64,000 nucleotides of DNA from Thalia democratica (Eukaryota): NCBI GenBank assembly GCA_965202585.1, contig OZ241834.1, positions 682,001 to 746,000 on the forward strand. Reading direction: 5' to 3'. The notes under the pieces were generated by a model, which was not told the origin of the DNA, did not search any database, and worked only from the letters and a program-made list of their open reading frames with translations. Shown piece after piece: positions 62,201 through 64,000 of the stretch. How positions within the stretch are numbered: position 1 is the stretch's first letter; the number at the start of each line of letters is the position of its first letter. Position numbers and translations under genes: made by a program.

Positions 62201-64000
62201 GAGTAAATGCAGTACCTTCGTAAAGTGTTCGATAGTGTCAACCATCTCAAGTTAGTCGAGGTGTTGTATTCGCGTGGGGTACGAAAAATGACTCGTATAA
62301 TAGCGCAAATGTACCGAGGTAACGATGCACTTCTGCAAAGAACAGATAGCAATAAAAAGTGGAAAGAACTCCAATATAACCATGGATTGTAACAGGAGGC
62401 AAAATTGACCAACTTTAAACCAGTTGACCCACTCAAGGGTAAGAGTAAATTTGAGAAAATGAATTACTTATGAGTAAATGGAGTACCTTCGTAAAGTGTT
62501 CGATAGTGTCAACCATCTCAAGATAGTCGAGGTGTTAAATTCGCGTGGGGTACGAAAAATGACTCGTATAATACCGCAAATGTACCGAGGTAACGGTGCA
62601 TTTCTGCAAAGAACAGATAGCAATAAAAGGCGGAAAGAGCTCCAATATAAACATGGATTGTAACAATAAGCAAAGTTGACCAACTTTAAACCAGTTGACC
62701 CACTCAAGGGTAAGAGTAAATTTGAGAAAATGAAATACTTATGAGTAAATGGAGTACCTTCGTAAAACGTTCGATAGTGTCAACCATCTCAAGAGAGTCG
62801 AGGTGTTGAATTCGCGTGGGGTACGAAAAATGACTCGTATAATAGCGCAAATGTACCGAGGTAACGGTGCATTTCTGCAAAGAACAGATAGCAATAAAAG
62901 GCGGAAAGAGCTCCAATATAAACATGGATTGTAACAATAAGCAAAGTTGACCAACTTTAAACCAGTTGACCAACTCAAGGGTAAGAGTAAATTTGATAAA
63001 ATGAATTACTTATGAGTAAATGGAGTACCTTCGTAAAACGTTCGATAGTGTCAACCATCTCAAGAGAGTCGAGGTGTTGAATTCGCGTGGGGTACGAAAA
63101 ATGACTCGTATAATAGCGCAAATGTACCGAGGTAACGGTGCATTTCTGCAAAGAACAGATTACAATAAAAGGCGGAAAGAGCTCCAATATAAACATGGAT
63201 TGTAACAGGAGGCAAAGTTGACCAACTTTAAACCAGTTGACCCACTCAAGGGTAAGAGTAAATTTGAGAAAATGAATTACTTATGAGTAAATGGAGTACC
63301 TTCGTAAAGTGTTCGATAGTGTCAACCATCTCAAGATAGTCGAGGTGTTAATTTGCGTGGGGTACGAAAAATGACTCGTATAATAGCGCAAATGTACCGA
63401 TGTAACGGTGCATTTCTGCAAATAACAGATAGCAATAAAAGGCGGAAAGAGCTCCAATATAAACATGGATTGTAACAGGAGGCAAAGTTGACCAACTTTA
63501 AACCAGTTGACCCACTCAAGGGTAAGAGTAAATTTGAGAAAATGAATTACTTATGAGTAAATGGAGTACCTTCGTAAAGTGTTCGATAGTGTCAACCATC
63601 TCAAGATAGTCGAGGTGTTAATTTGCGTGGGGTACGAAAAATGACTCGTATAATAGCGCAAATGTACCGATGTAACGGTGCATTTCTGCAAAGAACAGAT
63701 AGCAATAAAAGGCGGAAAGAGCTCAAATATTAACATGGATTGTAACAATAAGCAAAGTTGACCAACTTTAAACCAGTTGACCAACTCAAGGGTAAGAGTA
63801 AATTTGAGAAAATGAATTACTTATGAGTAAATGGAGTACCTTCGTAAAGTGTTCGATAGTGTCAACCATCTCAAGATAGTCGAGGTGTTGTATTCGCGTG
63901 GGGTACGAAAAATGACTCGTATAATAGCGCAAATGTACCGAGGTAACGGTGCATTTCTGCAAAGAACAGATAGCAATAAAAGGCGGAAAGAGCTCCAATA
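44300..64000. repeat. Satellite array 3: ~72 tandem 271-bp units derived from RT motif 3-4 sequence (RT sense on plus strand); runs off the window end
   Basis: ORF starts are spaced 270-272 bp (46231, 46502, 46773, 47043, 47314...). Units translate YLRKVFDSVNHLKIVEVLNSRGVRKMTRIIAQMYRGN, which aligns to the adjacent relic DLKK(E/S)(F/I)DSVN...EVLNSTGIPRKITRQITNMY(R/G)GN. Confidence 0.97.

Noticed and set aside
44319-63998. About 150 short minus-strand ORFs (MFILELFPP..., MSGSTGLKL...) as genes
   Set aside because: One per satellite monomer, antisense to the RT-derived frame, with no recognisable domain.

Overview
Very AT-rich eukaryotic DNA, probably from an invertebrate animal; the species cannot be fixed from the sequence. 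It looks like a heterochromatic locus. Layout from left to right: (i) 1-3491, a 92/93-bp satellite whose 93-bp unit reads on the minus strand as 31 codons of the thumb region of an R2-like non-LTR reverse transcriptase (RT): NKYVRK*LRLPHDCPNILINVFVEKGGLGIP. (ii) 3495-17182, an older ~260-bp AT-rich satellite interrupted by a nested 4.5-kb hAT transposon. (iii) 18342-39887, a large inverted duplication with ~4.5-kb core arms that later gained a hAT, an LTR element and a Penelope insertion. Its 5-kb loop holds a 4-exon secreted collectin-like gene (signal peptide, 4 Gly-X-Y triplets, coiled coil, C-type lectin). (iv) 41150-44215, a scrambled R2-like relic with RT, CCHH zinc-finger and RNase H pieces. 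It contains single-copy counterparts of both RT-derived satellites. (v) 44300-64000, a 271-bp satellite derived from RT motifs 3-4 (LRKVFDSVNH), with higher-order duplications. Nearly all ORFs in the supplied track are satellite artefacts. The main candidate novelties are two satellite arrays born from different coding segments of a non-LTR RT, and a lectin gene enclosed by long inverted repeats between them.
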